Translations under genes and position numbers: made by a program
Origin: Nitrospirota bacterium
Lineage (GTDB): Bacteria; Nitrospirota; UBA9217
Direction: 5' to 3'
DNA: 64,000 bases
Assembly: GCA_963754875.1 (NCBI GenBank)
Contig: CAVWHO010000016.1
Span: 480,001 to 544,000 of the forward strand
In this document: positions 8,609 to 21,600 of the stretch, piece by piece
How the letters are laid out: each line of letters opens with the position of its first letter
Position numbering within the stretch: position 1 is the first letter of the stretch
Notes under the pieces: model-generated
What the model was told of the DNA's origin: nothing
Database searches by the model: none
The model's input: only the letters and a program-made list of their open reading frames with translations

Positions 8609-10943
8609 TCAGCTGTCGAGAATGCTCCGCACCTTTCTCAGGAGATCGTTCATGGGAGCAGGTTTGAGGATGAAATTCAGGCCCTTGTCGAGCAGGCCTT
8701 TTTGCTGGATGATTTCGGCGGTATAGCCGCTCAGGAAGAGCGCTTTGACTTCAGGCTTGAATATCCTGATCTTATCGTACACATCCTTCCCGTTCTTCTT
8801 CGGCATGATGACGTCCAGGAGGAGAATCTTCACTTTGTCCCTGTTCGCCATAAACTTGTTGACCGCGTCCTCGCCGTCCTCGGCCCGGATCACGGTGTAC
8901 CCGAACTGTTCGAGTATGCTGCTGGTGAGGGTCCTTACCGTCTCGTCGTCCTCGGCAACGAGGATCGTCTCCGTGCCGCCCTCGATCGGAGGAAGGTTGG
9001 TGTGGAGCGTCTCCGCGGCAGCCGTCGGCACAACAGGCAGATAGATCTTGAAAGTCGTGCCTTTTCCCTCCTCGCTGTAAACATGGATGGAACCTTCGTG
9101 CTGTTTGGTGATGCCGTAGACGAGGGCAAGTCCGAGCCCCGTGCCCCTCCCTGATTCCTTGGTCGTGAAGAAAGGCTCGAAGATACGCTCCCGGGTCTTT
9201 TCGTCCATGCCCGTGCCGGAATCCGTAACCGCGAGCAGGGCATAGGTGCCCGGTTTTTGAAAATCGTGCGCCTTGGCCGTGTCCTCGTCCATTTCCACCA
9301 GTTCGGTCTCGATGAACAGGTGCCCTCCCTTGGGCATTGCGTCCCGGGCATTGGTCGCCAGGTTCATCAGCACCTGTTCGATCTGGCTTGCATCCGCAAG
9401 GACGGATATCTCATTATCAGCAAGGAGGGTCTTGAGTTCCACGTCCTCGCCGATGAGCCGGGTAAGAAGCCGGTCCACTTTGCGGATGATTTCGTTCAGA
9501 TCGACGGGCCGCGGATTGATCGCCTGTTTCCTGCTGTACGCCAGAAGTCCCTGGGTCAGGCTCGCAGCCCGGTTCGCCGAGGCGAGGATCTGCTCGACAT
9601 TGTGCCTCAAGGGGTCGTCGGGCCGCATCTTCATCTGCAGCAGGTTCCCGTACCCGATGATCGCCGTAAGAATATTGTTGAAGTCATGGGCGATCCCGCC
9701 CGCCAGGGAGCCCAGGCATTCCATCTTCTGGGACTGGCGGAGCTGCTCTTCCAGTTTTTTGCGCGCCGAAATATCGATGCCCACGCCCACGATGTACTGA
9801 TTTTCGTTCATCGTCATCCGGAAGCCCGTCAGCAGGAACGGGATGGGCATGCCGCTCTTGGTGACGAGCCGCGCTTCCGTGGACGCCCTGCCCTTTTCCA
9901 AAAACCTCCTTCATTTTGTTCACGATGAGAGGCCTGTCTTCCCGGAAGAGATCGAGCACGTTCATCCGCGACATCTCCTCGGTCGAGTAGCCGGTCACCT
10001 CTTTTTCGTTGTTGTTCCACCGGATGAGCTTGCCCCCGCTGTCGCAAATATAGAACGTACCGGGCAGGCTATCGATGATCGTGTCGGAAAAGATCTTTTC
10101 CTGGAGCAACTGCTGCTCAGCGTGCCGCTGGTCGGTGATATCGATGCCCGTGAGGATCACGTGCTCGACCGCCCCGGCGGTGTCGAGGAGCGCGGCATTG
10201 GACCAGGAGATCAGTCGTCGTTTTCCGTCCTTCGCAACCCACTCGTTTTCGTACTTGCTCGGAAACATCTCCGGAATCGGATCGCTGAAGACCTTTTTCA
10301 CGTCCTCGATCTGTTCCGTCGGAACCAGGAAGTCCCAGACATACCGGCCACGCACCTCATCAAAGGCGTATCCGCTTATGTCTTCGCAGGTCCGGTTGAA
10401 CCGGACGATCTTCCCCGTGCGGTCGAGCACCAGGACCATCGACCCGACGGTGTTGAGGACCGCTCCGCTGAAATCGCGCTCTTTCTTGAGCGCATCTTCC
10501 GTCTGCTTGCGTTCCGTGACGTCGCGGGTGATCCCGAGGAGCGCGATGATCTCATTGTTGTCGTTCCGGAGGGGCACGGCGTGCGTTTCGAGCCAGAGTC
10601 GCCTTCCCTTGACGCCTTCCATCTCAAAAGTGAGCGTTCCTGATTTTCCCTGAAAAACCTCTTCCGTAAGTCTGTTGAAGGCCTCCCGGTGCTCAGACAC
10701 AACGAGGGGGCATACTGCTTTGCCTCTTACCTGATCGAGCGAATCGACCTGGAGCATGTCGAGGCCGGCGCGGTTCATCATAAGCAGGGTGCCGTCTGCG
10801 CTTATCAGTTTCACGCATTCCGGCTCCGTTTCTATGATCGTCTGCAGGAATTTTTTACTGTCGCGCAGTTCGATGTCCAGGAGGCTGATTTCCGACCCTG
10901 CCAGAATACGAGTACACTCTTGTGATTTATTCTCAATAGCCAT
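8609..10943 (-). CDS. Cytoplasmic multi-PAS hybrid histidine kinase with receiver domain (one apparent +1 frameshift near 9900)
   Basis: ORFs 9684-10943 (PAS domains) and 8609-9901 ([13 protein letters not shown]-box, FEPFFTTK...GTGLGL, receiver DVIMP) join across a T homopolymer. Confidence 0.9.
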
Positions 10944-11252
10944 AAGAACTCAACTGTCTGATTTTGCGGAGATCGTTTGATCCGGAACGGAGAACGGAGA
11001 TAGAAGATAACCCGCTCGATTTTCTAACCGTCGTCTTTCCCGGTTCCCACTCAAAGTATAGCAAAGGAAGAGCATTCATTGCGGCGGATTCCACATCATT
11101 CGTGCTGACGATTGCAACGTTCTGTCATTTACGGATATTTCTTTTTAGCTCCTGGTGCGAAGGATTGCGAGGAGAAACAGGGGAGAAGAAAATCATGAAG
11201 GAGTATCGGACCGGCAGCCTTGGGCTGGGCACACCGGTCCCTGGATGCTTGG

Positions 11253-13043
11253 TTATTCCGCTCTGACGAGGTCTTCGAACCTGATATCCACGCCGAACAC
11301 ACCGACGATTCCGCCGGTTTCGGAAGTGCTGATCGGAGCGGATACGGTGATGCAGAGCGCTCCGGTGATCTTCGATGTATAGAAATCCGACACGAAACTC
11401 TTGCCGTCCTTTATGGGATTGATGAACCAGGGACGGTCCGAGAAGTTGTCGCCGAGACCGGAGTGTTCGAACTGGGCCTTGTACTGGATCTGGGTAATAT
11501 TCCTCGTCGTCTTCTTGCCGTCTCCGTTCACCACGTAGGCAAACTGGATGAAGGGGTTCTCGTCGAGGAGCTTCTGCATGACCGTTTCCTGCTTTGCATT
11601 GTCCATGGTGCGCATCTCGGGACTCTCCACTATCCCCTCGACAAGATGGAGCGATATCTCCTGCGCCTTTTTCTTCAGCTTGTCAAGGTCGGAGACGAAA
11701 TACTCGGGCAGATACTTCTTTGCCTTTTCCAGCAGTTCATCATGGGAGATGCTCGTGGTCCTGCCCTGCTCGTACTGTTCCAGCACCCACTTGTGAATCT
11801 TGGCCAGGCCCGGGTGCCGCTTGTCGATCTTCTTGTCCGCGTCAAGGTGTAAATGGCTGTTCACCCAGTGTGCGATGCCGGCGATTCCCGATTTATCCGT
11901 GATGATGACGCCCATGGGACGCTTCAATATCTTGGACGTGTCGAAGATATTGTAGATCTCTTCGTTCTTCATCATGCCGTCGGCGTGGATGCCTGCGCTC
12001 GTCGAGTTGAACTCCGCGCCCACGAAAGGATAATTGGCGGGAATGGGGAAGCCCAATTCGCTCCGGAAATATTCGGCCATCTCGGTGATTGCCGCGGTGT
12101 CGATCCCTCCCTCGTTCCCGGTGAGGCTGATGTAGTCGATCAGCATGGCTTCGACGGGCGTGTTGCCCGTGCGCTCGCCGAACCCGAGGAGCGCGCCGTT
12201 CACCGATGCGCAGCCGTACATCCAGGCTGCGACGCCGTTGATGAGCCCCTTGTGAAAATCGTTATGGCCGTGCCACTCAAGCTGCTCCGACGGCACGCCG
12301 CCGTCGTGGATCAAGGAGTAGAAAATTTCCGGCACGCCGCGCGGGAGCGCTGTCCCGGGGAAGGGAAATCCGTACCCCATGGTGTCGCAGGCCCTGATCT
12401 TGATCGGCACCTTCGCTGCTTCCGAGAGTTTCATCAGCTCCTGTGCAAAGGGGATGACGAAACCGTAGAAGTCAGCCCGCGTGATGTCCTCGAGATGACA
12501 GCGCGGGATGATGCCCTGGTCAAGCGCCGTCCTAACGATGTCGAGATAGGCCTTGAGCGCGTCCTTCCGCGACAGGTTGAGTTTCAGGAAGATGTGGTAG
12601 TCCGAGCAGGAGGTGAGGATCCCGGTCTCCTTGAGCCCCATCTCTTTGACGAGCTTGAAGTCGTTCTTGTTCGCCCGGATCCAGCCGGTGATTTCGGGGT
12701 ACCGGTAGCCGCGCTCCCTGCAGAGCCGCACTGCCTCGCGGTCCTTTTCTGAATAGAGGAAGAACTCGGTCTGGCGGATCACGCCGTTCGGTCCGCTCAT
12801 CCGGTGCATGAAATCGAAGATGTCCAGAATCTGCTTGGGCGTGTATGGCGGCCGGGACTGCTGTCCGTCGCGGAACGTCGTGTCCGTGATCCAGATGTCC
12901 TTCGGGATATTGGTCTGGATCAGCCGGTCCTCCAGGACGACCCGGGGAACGCTCGTATAGGGGAACACCTCCCGGTAGAGCTCGGGCTCGGCAACGTTCT
13001 TTAGATCAAACGGTATTTTTATTGATTGCTTTTTGATGGTCAT
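11253..13043 (-). CDS. DRE-TIM metallolyase, Re-citrate synthase-like, with C-terminal Cache/PDC-like domain
   Basis: ITDTTFRDGQQSRPPY, HGHNDF metal site, GERTGN. The last ~110 aa contain SDRPWF...VSDFYTSKITGALCITVSAPI...GVFGVDI, a Cache-domain signature. Confidence 0.8.
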   Translation of the reverse strand: MTIKKQSIKIPFDLKNVAEPELYREVFPYTSVPRVVLEDRLIQTNIPKDIWITDTTFRDGQQSRPPYTPKQILDIFDFMHRMSGPNGVIRQTEFFLYSEKDREAVRLCRERGYRYPEITGWIRANKNDFKLVKEMGLKETGILTSCSDYHIFLKLNLSRKDALKAYLDIVRTALDQGIIPRCHLEDITRADFYGFVIPFAQELMKLSEAAKVPIKIRACDTMGYGFPFPGTALPRGVPEIFYSLIHDGGVPSEQLEWHGHNDFHKGLINGVAAWMYGCASVNGALLGFGERTGNTPVEAMLIDYISLTGNEGGIDTAAITEMAEYFRSELGFPIPANYPFVGAEFNSTSAGIHADGMMKNEEIYNIFDTSKILKRPMGVIITDKSGIAGIAHWVNSHLHLDADKKIDKRHPGLAKIHKWVLEQYEQGRTTSISHDELLEKAKKYLPEYFVSDLDKLKKKAQEISLHLVEGIVESPEMRTMDNAKQETVMQKLLDENPFIQFAYVVNGDGKKTTRNITQIQYKAQFEHSGLGDNFSDRPWFINPIKDGKSFVSDFYTSKITGALCITVSAPISTSETGGIVGVFGVDIRFEDLVRAE

Positions 13044-13065
13044 GGTTAAACTCCTGGCTGAATCG

Positions 13066-13131
13066 AATTCAAGATTCAACATTCAAAATTCAATACCTCA
13101 AGCATCAACGTGCATCATGAATCTTGAATTG
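13066..13131. repeat. 7-nt-period inverted repeat (ATTCAAN)n...TGAATCTTGAATT
   Basis: aattcaagattcaacattcaaaattcaa ... catgaatcttgaattg between rpe and the synthase gene. Confidence 0.7.
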
Positions 13132-13134
13132 TTT

Positions 13135-13794
13135 TTACTTTCCCCTGATTCCCCTGATTGCGGCGCCATAGTCTTTTTGGCTGAAGACCGCCGAACCAGC
13201 AACAAGGATGTCAGCGCCGGCATTGATGACCGCGGCCGCGTTATCCGGCTTCACGCCGCCGTCCACTTCTATCTCGACGGACAGGCCGAGGTCGTCGATC
13301 CGCTTCCTGAGCTTGGCGATCTTGTCCAGGGCCGAAGGGATGAAAGCCTGCCCGCCGAAGCCGGGGTTGACGGACATGATCAGCACCATATCGAGGTCCG
13401 CCAGGATGTAGTCCAGGCTGGAGAGCGGGGTGGCCGGGTTGAGCGCTACTGCGGCCTTCACGCCGGCGTGTTCCTTGATGGATTGCACAAGCCTGTTCAA
13501 GTGGTACGGTGTTTCCACATGCACGGTAATGTAGCCGGCCCCTGCCTTCGCAAAATCGGAAATATACAGCTCCGGGTTGGTGATCATGAGGTGCACGTCG
13601 AGCGGCAGCTTTGTGGACCTGCGTGCGGCCTCTACGATGAGCGGGCCGATGGTAATGTTCGGGACGAAGTGGCCGTCCATGACATCAACGTGGATAATGT
13701 CCGCACCTGCCGCTTCCACAGCCTTGATCTCCTCACTCAGTCGGGAGAAGTCTGCCGAGAGAATCGACGGCGCAACCTTGATTTTTTTTGTCAT
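13135..13794 (-). CDS. rpe: Ribulose-phosphate 3-epimerase
   Basis: [43 protein letters not shown]. Confidence 0.98.
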   Translation of the reverse strand: MTKKIKVAPSILSADFSRLSEEIKAVEAAGADIIHVDVMDGHFVPNITIGPLIVEAARRSTKLPLDVHLMITNPELYISDFAKAGAGYITVHVETPYHLNRLVQSIKEHAGVKAAVALNPATPLSSLDYILADLDMVLIMSVNPGFGGQAFIPSALDKIAKLRKRIDDLGLSVEIEVDGGVKPDNAAAVINAGADILVAGSAVFSQKDYGAAIRGIRGK

Positions 13795-13856
13795 GTCATT
13801 ACGTCCTAATCACTGTAAAGTTTAAGCTCTCTTAAAAACAGTCATAAATCGCATTT

Positions 13857-13938
13857 ACCGCAGAGGACGCGGAGGTCGGAGAGGCAAATACGAACAAAGA
13901 AAGGTTTTTCTCGGCGGTCTCTGCCTGCACCCGGCGGT
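13857..13938. repeat. 9-nt-period imperfect inverted repeat (ACCGCAGAG type)
   Basis: accgcagaggacgcggaggtcggagag ... tctcggcggtctctgcctgcacccggcggt. Confidence 0.7.
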
Positions 13939-13984
13939 CATGAGTGCTGCGCCGCGAATGCAGGGCGCATTGAAAAATTCTTTC

Positions 13985-14703
13985 TTATTTGCTTACCACA
14001 ATATCGACCGTGGCATCAGCGGAAACGGGATATCCTGCGCCGGGCTTCTGGCTGATGACGGTCCGCTCCGTTCCCGGGGACCGGTCACTGCTGGCCCGGG
14101 TAATGACCCGATGCTGCAATTCCAGCCGGTCGACGATCCTGAGCGCCTCCTCGGCTTTTTTCCCCAAGAGCTTCGGCATGACGAGAAGATCGGGTTTTTT
14201 ACCGGAACTCACCAGCATGCCGATCGTGCCGCCCTTCTCGAGCGGACTCCCGGACTGCGGGTACTGCGCCATTACTACGTCCTGGTCCACGGAGTCTGAA
14301 CAGACCCGCGAGATCTCCCCCGGCATGAACCCCGCCTGCCGCACCATAATATCGGCCTTGCGAAAATGTTCGCCCACCACTTTCGGCGCCAAGAAGCTCG
14401 CTCGGCCCCTGGCTTACGACCACATGGACCTGCCGTCCCTTTTTTATCCCGCTCCCCGGCGCAGGTGATTGAGACACGACGGTATCGCGCGGCAGCGTGG
14501 GATTGGGTTCCCGACGGTCGACCTTGAGCTGCAGACCTTGCTGCGCAACGGTCTCGATAACGGACACGATGTCCTGGCCCGTGAGGTCCGGCACGCGCAC
14601 CTCTTCCTTATGCAGGAGCAGCGCTATGACGGCAAAGGCGCTTGCGATGCCGACACCGATGAGGGCCAGAAATATACCGATACTTTTCAAAAAACTGCTT
14701 CAT
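13985..14703 (-). CDS. Membrane-anchored PASTA domain protein (two apparent +1 frameshifts near 14692 and 14397)
   Basis: N-terminal TM helix then three PASTA-like repeats (VPDLTG...VVSQSPAPG...VVVSQG; VMAQYPQSG...LVSSG; MPKLLG...VISQKPGAG...IVVSK), split over ORFs 14199-14690 and 13985-14392. Confidence 0.85.
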
Positions 14704-14821
14704 GGCAGAGCCCGTATTGTACCATACTGCAGGCAAGATGCAAGAACTTCTCAACAACTTGTCAATAATGCAACAGGATCCTGGGACATTCCATCCCCGC
14801 TGTTTGACCCGCCGGTTGCTC

Positions 14822-16163
14822 TTATGTTTTCCTCACCATTCTGACGGCGCAAAACCCGTCCATCTCAACGGCGCGCGGGTAAGTATGGAGAAATCCCTGA
14901 TCATCCACCAACCCTGCCGCGGGTTTCGGCAGATAGGGCCGGGGATCATCGACAACGAACCCTCTTCCTGCCAGAGAAAGAAAGGAGGATATGACGTCCT
15001 CATTCTCTTCCGGCTCTGTTGTACATGTGGCGTAGACGAGGACGCCGCCCGGATGAAGAAGTTGTGCGCAGTTTTCGATGATCCGGCGCTGCACTGCCGA
15101 GCGTTCCCGGATCGTCCCCTCGCTCTTGTTCCATCTTCCGTCCGGGTGCCGCCGGAGCACGCCGAGCCCGGAGCACGGTGCATCGACTAAAATTTTGTCA
15201 AACCTGCCCTGCTGATACAGCGCCGCATCTCCCGCCGTTGGGGACACGATCGTGCAGCCGAGCCGGCGGCTGTTCTCGCCGATCCTGGTCATCCGTGCTG
15301 CGTCCTGCTCGATCGCAACGATGGCACCGCGGTTCTGCATGATCTCGGCAAGATGCGTTGCTTTGCCCCCGGGCGCAGCGCAGGCGTCCAGCACGGCTTC
15401 TCCGGGTTTCGGAGAGAGCATCAGGCTTACCAGCTGGGCGGCCTGGTCCTGCACCATGAATAATCCCCGCTGATAGGCCTCAAGCGTGCGGATGGCTGGA
15501 GATGATTTTATTTCAAGCCCGAGTTCTGAGTAGCCCGTTGCAACAGCATCGACACCCTGGTCGGCGAGAGTTGCTTTGAGCCCGTCCCGCGTCGTCTTGA
15601 GGGTGTTCGTCCTGATCACGAGCGGCGCGTCCCGGTTGTTCCCGCGCAGCAGTGTTTCGGTCTGTTCCGCACCGAACCGGTTCAACCAGCGCCGGACGAC
15701 CCACTCAGGATGGGAGTAGACCGTAGCGAGTCTTTTTACGGGGTCGTCGAAAACGGGCTCGAAGATCGAACTCTTCTTCCGATCCAGGTTCCTGAGCAGC
15801 CCGTTTACATAGCTATGCTTTCTTCCGTGGTATTTTCGCCAGCTCGGTAGATGTATTGACCGCAGCGCTCGCGGGAACACGATCGAGAAACAACAACTGA
15901 TATGCGCCGAACCGCAGGATGTTCCGGGTCCATGCATCGGTTTTCCCGACCGGCTGCGCCGAGAACTGATTCAACATCCAGTCCAGCCGTGTCCGGTTCC
16001 TGAGTGTTCCATATACGAGTTCCAGAAGAAAGGCGCTGTCACGCGCATCGAACGATGCACGCGCCTTGTCGAGCAGCAGGTCGACGAACACGCCGTCCTC
16101 GACGTTCCGGAGGATCACGAGGGCTTGTTCTCTCGGTTTATCCCTGGTTGTCACGAAGTTCAT
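14822..16163 (-). CDS. rsmB: 16S rRNA m5C967 methyltransferase RsmB (one apparent +1 frameshift near 15833)
   Basis: NusB-like N-terminus (ELVYGTLR, AAVNTSTELAK), YSHPEW, VQDQAAQL, DACAAPGGK, DAPCSGLG, YATCTTEPEENE; def-fmt context. Confidence 0.92.
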
Positions 16164-16917
16164 TGCGGTCGTTTGCGAGGAATTCGAGCGCTTCTGCGAC
16201 CTTGGAGATGTCCACGCTCGTATTGAAGCACGGCCCGAAAGGACGGTCGTTCAGGATCCCGATCACAGGGAGCGGGTAGGCGTCCTGGATGCCGCTCGTC
16301 AGATCACGCTCGCACGCCACGGCTATGATCGCCTGGGGCTTCGCCTCCGCCACCCGCCTTCGCGCAAGCGTTCCGCCGGTTGCGACCGAAAGGTGCACGT
16401 GATGCTTCTTCGCGAGCAGGACCAGGTCTTTGATCTTGCACTTGCCGCAGGCCTGGCATTTGCTGGCGTCGGTCGTGATCTTGATCGCACAGTCGTTGAA
16501 CTGAAGGCAATGCGGCATGAGCAGCAGGATGCGCTGGGGTTTGTTGTCGCTGCATTTGGCCATGACCAGGAGGTTGTTCACCTCCACGAAGGACTGCTGG
16601 ATCTTTTCCTTCGAAATGCCGAGGAGCTTGCCTACCACGATCATGATGGGAAAGAGTATTTCGATCACGATCCCCCGGAGTCTTGCAGCGAAGAAGATTT
16701 CCCTGCCACGGATGAGGGTGAGGATGAGGAGCGCCACGCCGAGGATCAGGATGCCGAGCGCCCCGCCCATGGTCATGCACACGACTTCCGGCGCAAGAGG
16801 GTGGATGTTCCTGAGCCCCACGTAGGGGATCAGGTAAAGCGCTACCGTGATCGCGGCAAGCAGGAAGACCGTAAAGACGATAAGGCCGATGAAGATGCGT
16901 TTTTTTGGTTCAGACAT
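16138..16917 (-). CDS. DUF116 domain membrane protein
   Basis: N-terminal TM helices, LLLMPHCLQ...CQACGKC...ATGGTLAR...AVACERDL...GPC; lies between fmt and rsmB. Confidence 0.85.
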   Translation of the reverse strand: MSEPKKRIFIGLIVFTVFLLAAITVALYLIPYVGLRNIHPLAPEVVCMTMGGALGILILGVALLILTLIRGREIFFAARLRGIVIEILFPIMIVVGKLLGISKEKIQQSFVEVNNLLVMAKCSDNKPQRILLLMPHCLQFNDCAIKITTDASKCQACGKCKIKDLVLLAKKHHVHLSVATGGTLARRRVAEAKPQAIIAVACERDLTSGIQDAYPLPVIGILNDRPFGPCFNTSVDISKVAEALEFLANDRNELRDNQG

Positions 16918-17022
16918 AATTGAAAGTGGAATTGGTTACGGCCACGACGCCCGTTTCGTTAAGCGCCTTTCGGCAAGGTACGTAAGCGCGAAAGACGTAA
17001 CACGTGGCCGAAACGGGCTTCG

Positions 17023-17955
<933 letters not shown>

Positions 17956-17999
17956 TGGTGTTTTCCCTCGATTCCCGGGAATGCGATGGCTGCCGTGTT

Positions 18000-18515
18000 T
18001 TACGCTTCCGCTGCCATTTTTTTGTATCTTCGCTTAAATATATTTTTCTTGAGCGGGCTCAGGTGGTCGATAAACAGCAAGCCGTTCAAATGATCGATTT
18101 CATGCTGAAGGGCCTTTGCGAGGAGTCCTTCCGCATCGATCTCGAAGAGTTTCCCCGTTCGGTCCTGGGCCCGGACCTTGACCCGTGCTGCGCGCTTCAC
18201 CTTCTCGGCGTAATCCGGGATACTGAGACAACCTTCCTCTTCGGTGATTGATCCTTCCATGGATAAGATCTCGGGGTTGATAATGACGAGCAGGGGATGA
18301 CGCTGATCCTCGTTTTCCCGCGAGCTCAGGTCGATCACCGCCAGCTGAAGGGCAATGCCGACCTGGTTGGCGGCAAGGCCGACCCCCGGCGCTGCGTGCA
18401 TGGTCGCGACCATATCTTCAATAAGCCTGTCGAGGGAGCTGTCTATTTTTTCAACACGGGCCGTTTTGTTGCGTAGCACCGGGTCCGGGTAGGTTCGTAT
18501 TTCACGAATGGCCAT
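18000..18515 (-). CDS. def: Peptide deformylase
   Basis: GVGLAANQVG, EGCLSIP, QHEIDHLNG. Confidence 0.98.
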   Translation of the reverse strand: MAIREIRTYPDPVLRNKTARVEKIDSSLDRLIEDMVATMHAAPGVGLAANQVGIALQLAVIDLSSRENEDQRHPLLVIINPEILSMEGSITEEEGCLSIPDYAEKVKRAARVKVRAQDRTGKLFEIDAEGLLAKALQHEIDHLNGLLFIDHLSPLKKNIFKRRYKKMAAEA

Positions 18516-18655
18516 AGTATTCATATGTAACATGATTGTGAACGAAAATCAAGGCAGAAGATGGCGGGCCGGCATCAAAAAACGCTGATTTTGTTATGGA
18601 TAGGATGCGAAGACAGTGTTGACACTCCGATAAGCTTTATGGTATTTTTAAGACT

Positions 18656-21600
18656 ATGGCAATCGACAAAAATACGGTAATGAAGGAAGCCCAAAAGTTT
18701 GCAACCAGGGGCTTGTTCGACAAAGCGATTGCCGAATGGAAAAAACTCCTCAAAGAGTCGCCGAACGATGCCAATATCTTCAACACGATAGGCGATCTCT
18801 GCATGAAGAAAGATGCAAAAACCGACGCTTGTGACTCATACAAGAAGGCCGCTGATATCCTTGCCCTCGATGGATTCACTTCCAAAGCCATAGCCCTTTA
18901 CAAAAAAGTCCTCAATATTGATCCGAAAAAAATTGAAGTCCACCTCGCCCTCGGCGATTTGAATGCTGAAAAAGGCCTGAGCGGCAACGCGCTCGAAAGT
19001 TATAAAATCGTTGCCGACAATTACTTGCAACATAAGGACACAGTCAAGGCGCTCGGCATCTACCAGAAAATGGCGGACCTGAACGCCGCCAACGTTTCGT
19101 TTCGCGTAAAGCTGGGAGACATGTACGCGAAAGAGAACATGGTCTCCGAGGCGAGTACAGCGTACCTCAATGCGGCAGACCTCCACATGGAGAAAAAAGA
19201 ATTTAAGGACGCCCGTCAACTGTTCGAGAAAGTGCTGTCTGTCGATCCGGGCAATATGACCGTCTATCACAAAGCCGGAATCGTTTACTTCCAGGAAGGA
19301 AAGTTCAGTGAAGCATGCAAGGCCCTGAAACGGGCCTTTGAAAACGACCCGTCTAATAAGGAAATTGCCGACAGTTATCTTTACTCCCTGTCCAAGGCGG
19401 GCAAAGAACCCGAAGCCGAGCAGGTGGTCAGGAAAATTCTCGAGAATGATGCGACGCGGACAGACCTACGTGAAAAACTCGTCACGATATACCTGGCAAA
19501 AAATGAACAGAACAAAGCTCTTGTCGAAGTGGCCGCTCTTGCAGAAGCGAAAACAATCGAGGGAGACAACAACGCAGCCGAAACAATTCTCAAGAAATTC
19601 GTGGCCGATGCTCCGGAATATATCCCAGGAAGAAAAAAATTGGGAGATTTGTATCGCTCCATCGGCCGGCAGCAGGATGCGGCCGCCGTATACCTCCAGG
19701 CTGCGGAGCTCCTGCTCGAAACGGGAGATGAGGGCGGAGCCAAAACGTTCCTGACCCAGGCCGTGGAGCTTTCCCCGGATCTTGAGGAAGCCAGGGAGCA
19801 CCTCGATCGGCTCGAAGCGGCGGTACACGCCGTGCGTCCTCCCGAACCCGCGGTCGAGCCCATGCCCCCTCCTTCTGAACCGGAGCCGGCTTACGAGCAA
19901 CCTGCCCCAAAGCCTGCAGCGGAGCTGTCGATCCTCGAGGACAACCCGGCAATCAACGAGGCGTTCACGGAAATCGATGTGCTCGTGAAATACGGCCTCG
20001 CTGCCAAAGCGCTCGAACAACTCGAGATGCTTGCAGCCAAATATCCCCATAGTCCACCTGTCCGTATGCGTCTGCAGGATCTTTATCGTGAGCAGGGTAA
20101 TGTTTCCAAGGCCGTGGAGCATGCACTGATGCTGGCCGACATCTATTCCCGGAACAACCTGACCGATCAGTCAGAGTCCGTACTGAATACAGCCCTATCG
20201 ATCGATCCGACAAACGCCGCTCTGCTTGCGAAGCTTGGCAGAGCACCCGTTCCTTCCGAGGCTTTTCAGACCGACACCGGGCAGGTTGCACCGCAAGAAC
20301 CGGTGATCGAAACACCCGCGCCAGCCGAACCGTTCCTGTTCGATTCCGAGCCCCCGGAAGTCTCCTCGCCAGAACCTCCGCCGACAATTGGAGGGACTCC
20401 GGAGTTCGAAGTACCTCCCCCTTCAGACGAAATCACCTTCGAAGGGTTCGATGCCGAAATGCCCCGTCTGGAGGAGCAGGAGCCTTCCTCCGCAGAAGGA
20501 CTCGATGCCGAACTGCCCCGTCTGGAGGAGCAGGAGCCTTCCTCCGCAGAAGGACCTGCACTGACTGAAGCGGCCGAAGAACCAGGCTGGCCCGGAGAAC
20601 AATTCCCGGCAATCGAAACTCGCGAAGAGCCTGTCGTGGAAGTCCGCACACCGGCGCGCGTTGATCAACAGCCGCTTGCCGATGTTCCTCCCGATACCGG
20701 AGAAATATGGGCTGAAGCGGAATTCTACTTTCAGCAGGGGTTGTTCGATGAAGCGAAAAAGCATTATGCGAGGATCATCGAGCTGAACCCCGGCGACCGG
20801 CGGGCAATAGAACGTCTCGGAGAATTATCGCGCGAAGAAGAGCAGTCCCTGGAGTTTTCTAAACTTGCAGATGCGGTTGAAGAGCTGGAAGACGCCGTCA
20901 ACATTGAAGCTGACGGACAGGAATTGCCCTTGAGCGTGTCCGATGAAGACGCGGTCCGCAGTCTCATGCAGGAGATATCTCAGCTCAAAAAACAGGAAAA
21001 GCCCGCGCCTCCCCCAACCCCGCCGGCGGAAAAAGAGCACCTATCTCCTCAGCAATTGAAACAGCCTGTTGGCAAAGAAGCCGAGCCGCCTGTCACACCG
21101 GCAGCGGCCGGTGAACGGTTTTCTGAGCCCGATGAGGATTTTTTTGATCTTGGAGAGGAACTCAACAAGGAGAACAAAAGCGGTCCTGTACGTGCGCCCG
21201 AACAGGCATCGGAGGACTTTTTTGATCTTGCCGCGGAACTCCGGGACGAACTAAGCACCGTCGCTGTTCCCGAACGCGCTGCCGGGTCGTCCGAAGAACA
21301 GAGCCTCGATGAAATTTTTGAAGACTTCAAGCGCGGTGTTGAGCAGCAGTCGGTCAAGGAAGACGTCGACACTCACTATAATCTCGGCGTGGCCTATAAA
21401 GAAATGGGACTACTCGACGATGCGATATCGGAATTCATCCTGACTCCCAAAGAAGAGCCGAAATTTATCCAGAGCCGCTATATGTTGGGCCTTTGCTATA
21501 TGGAAAAGGGAGAGTATCAGAACGCCACGGTCGAGATCCAGAATGCCCTTCACTTCGCGGAAAATCTGCGCGAGGAGGAGACAAGACACACTCGGCATGC

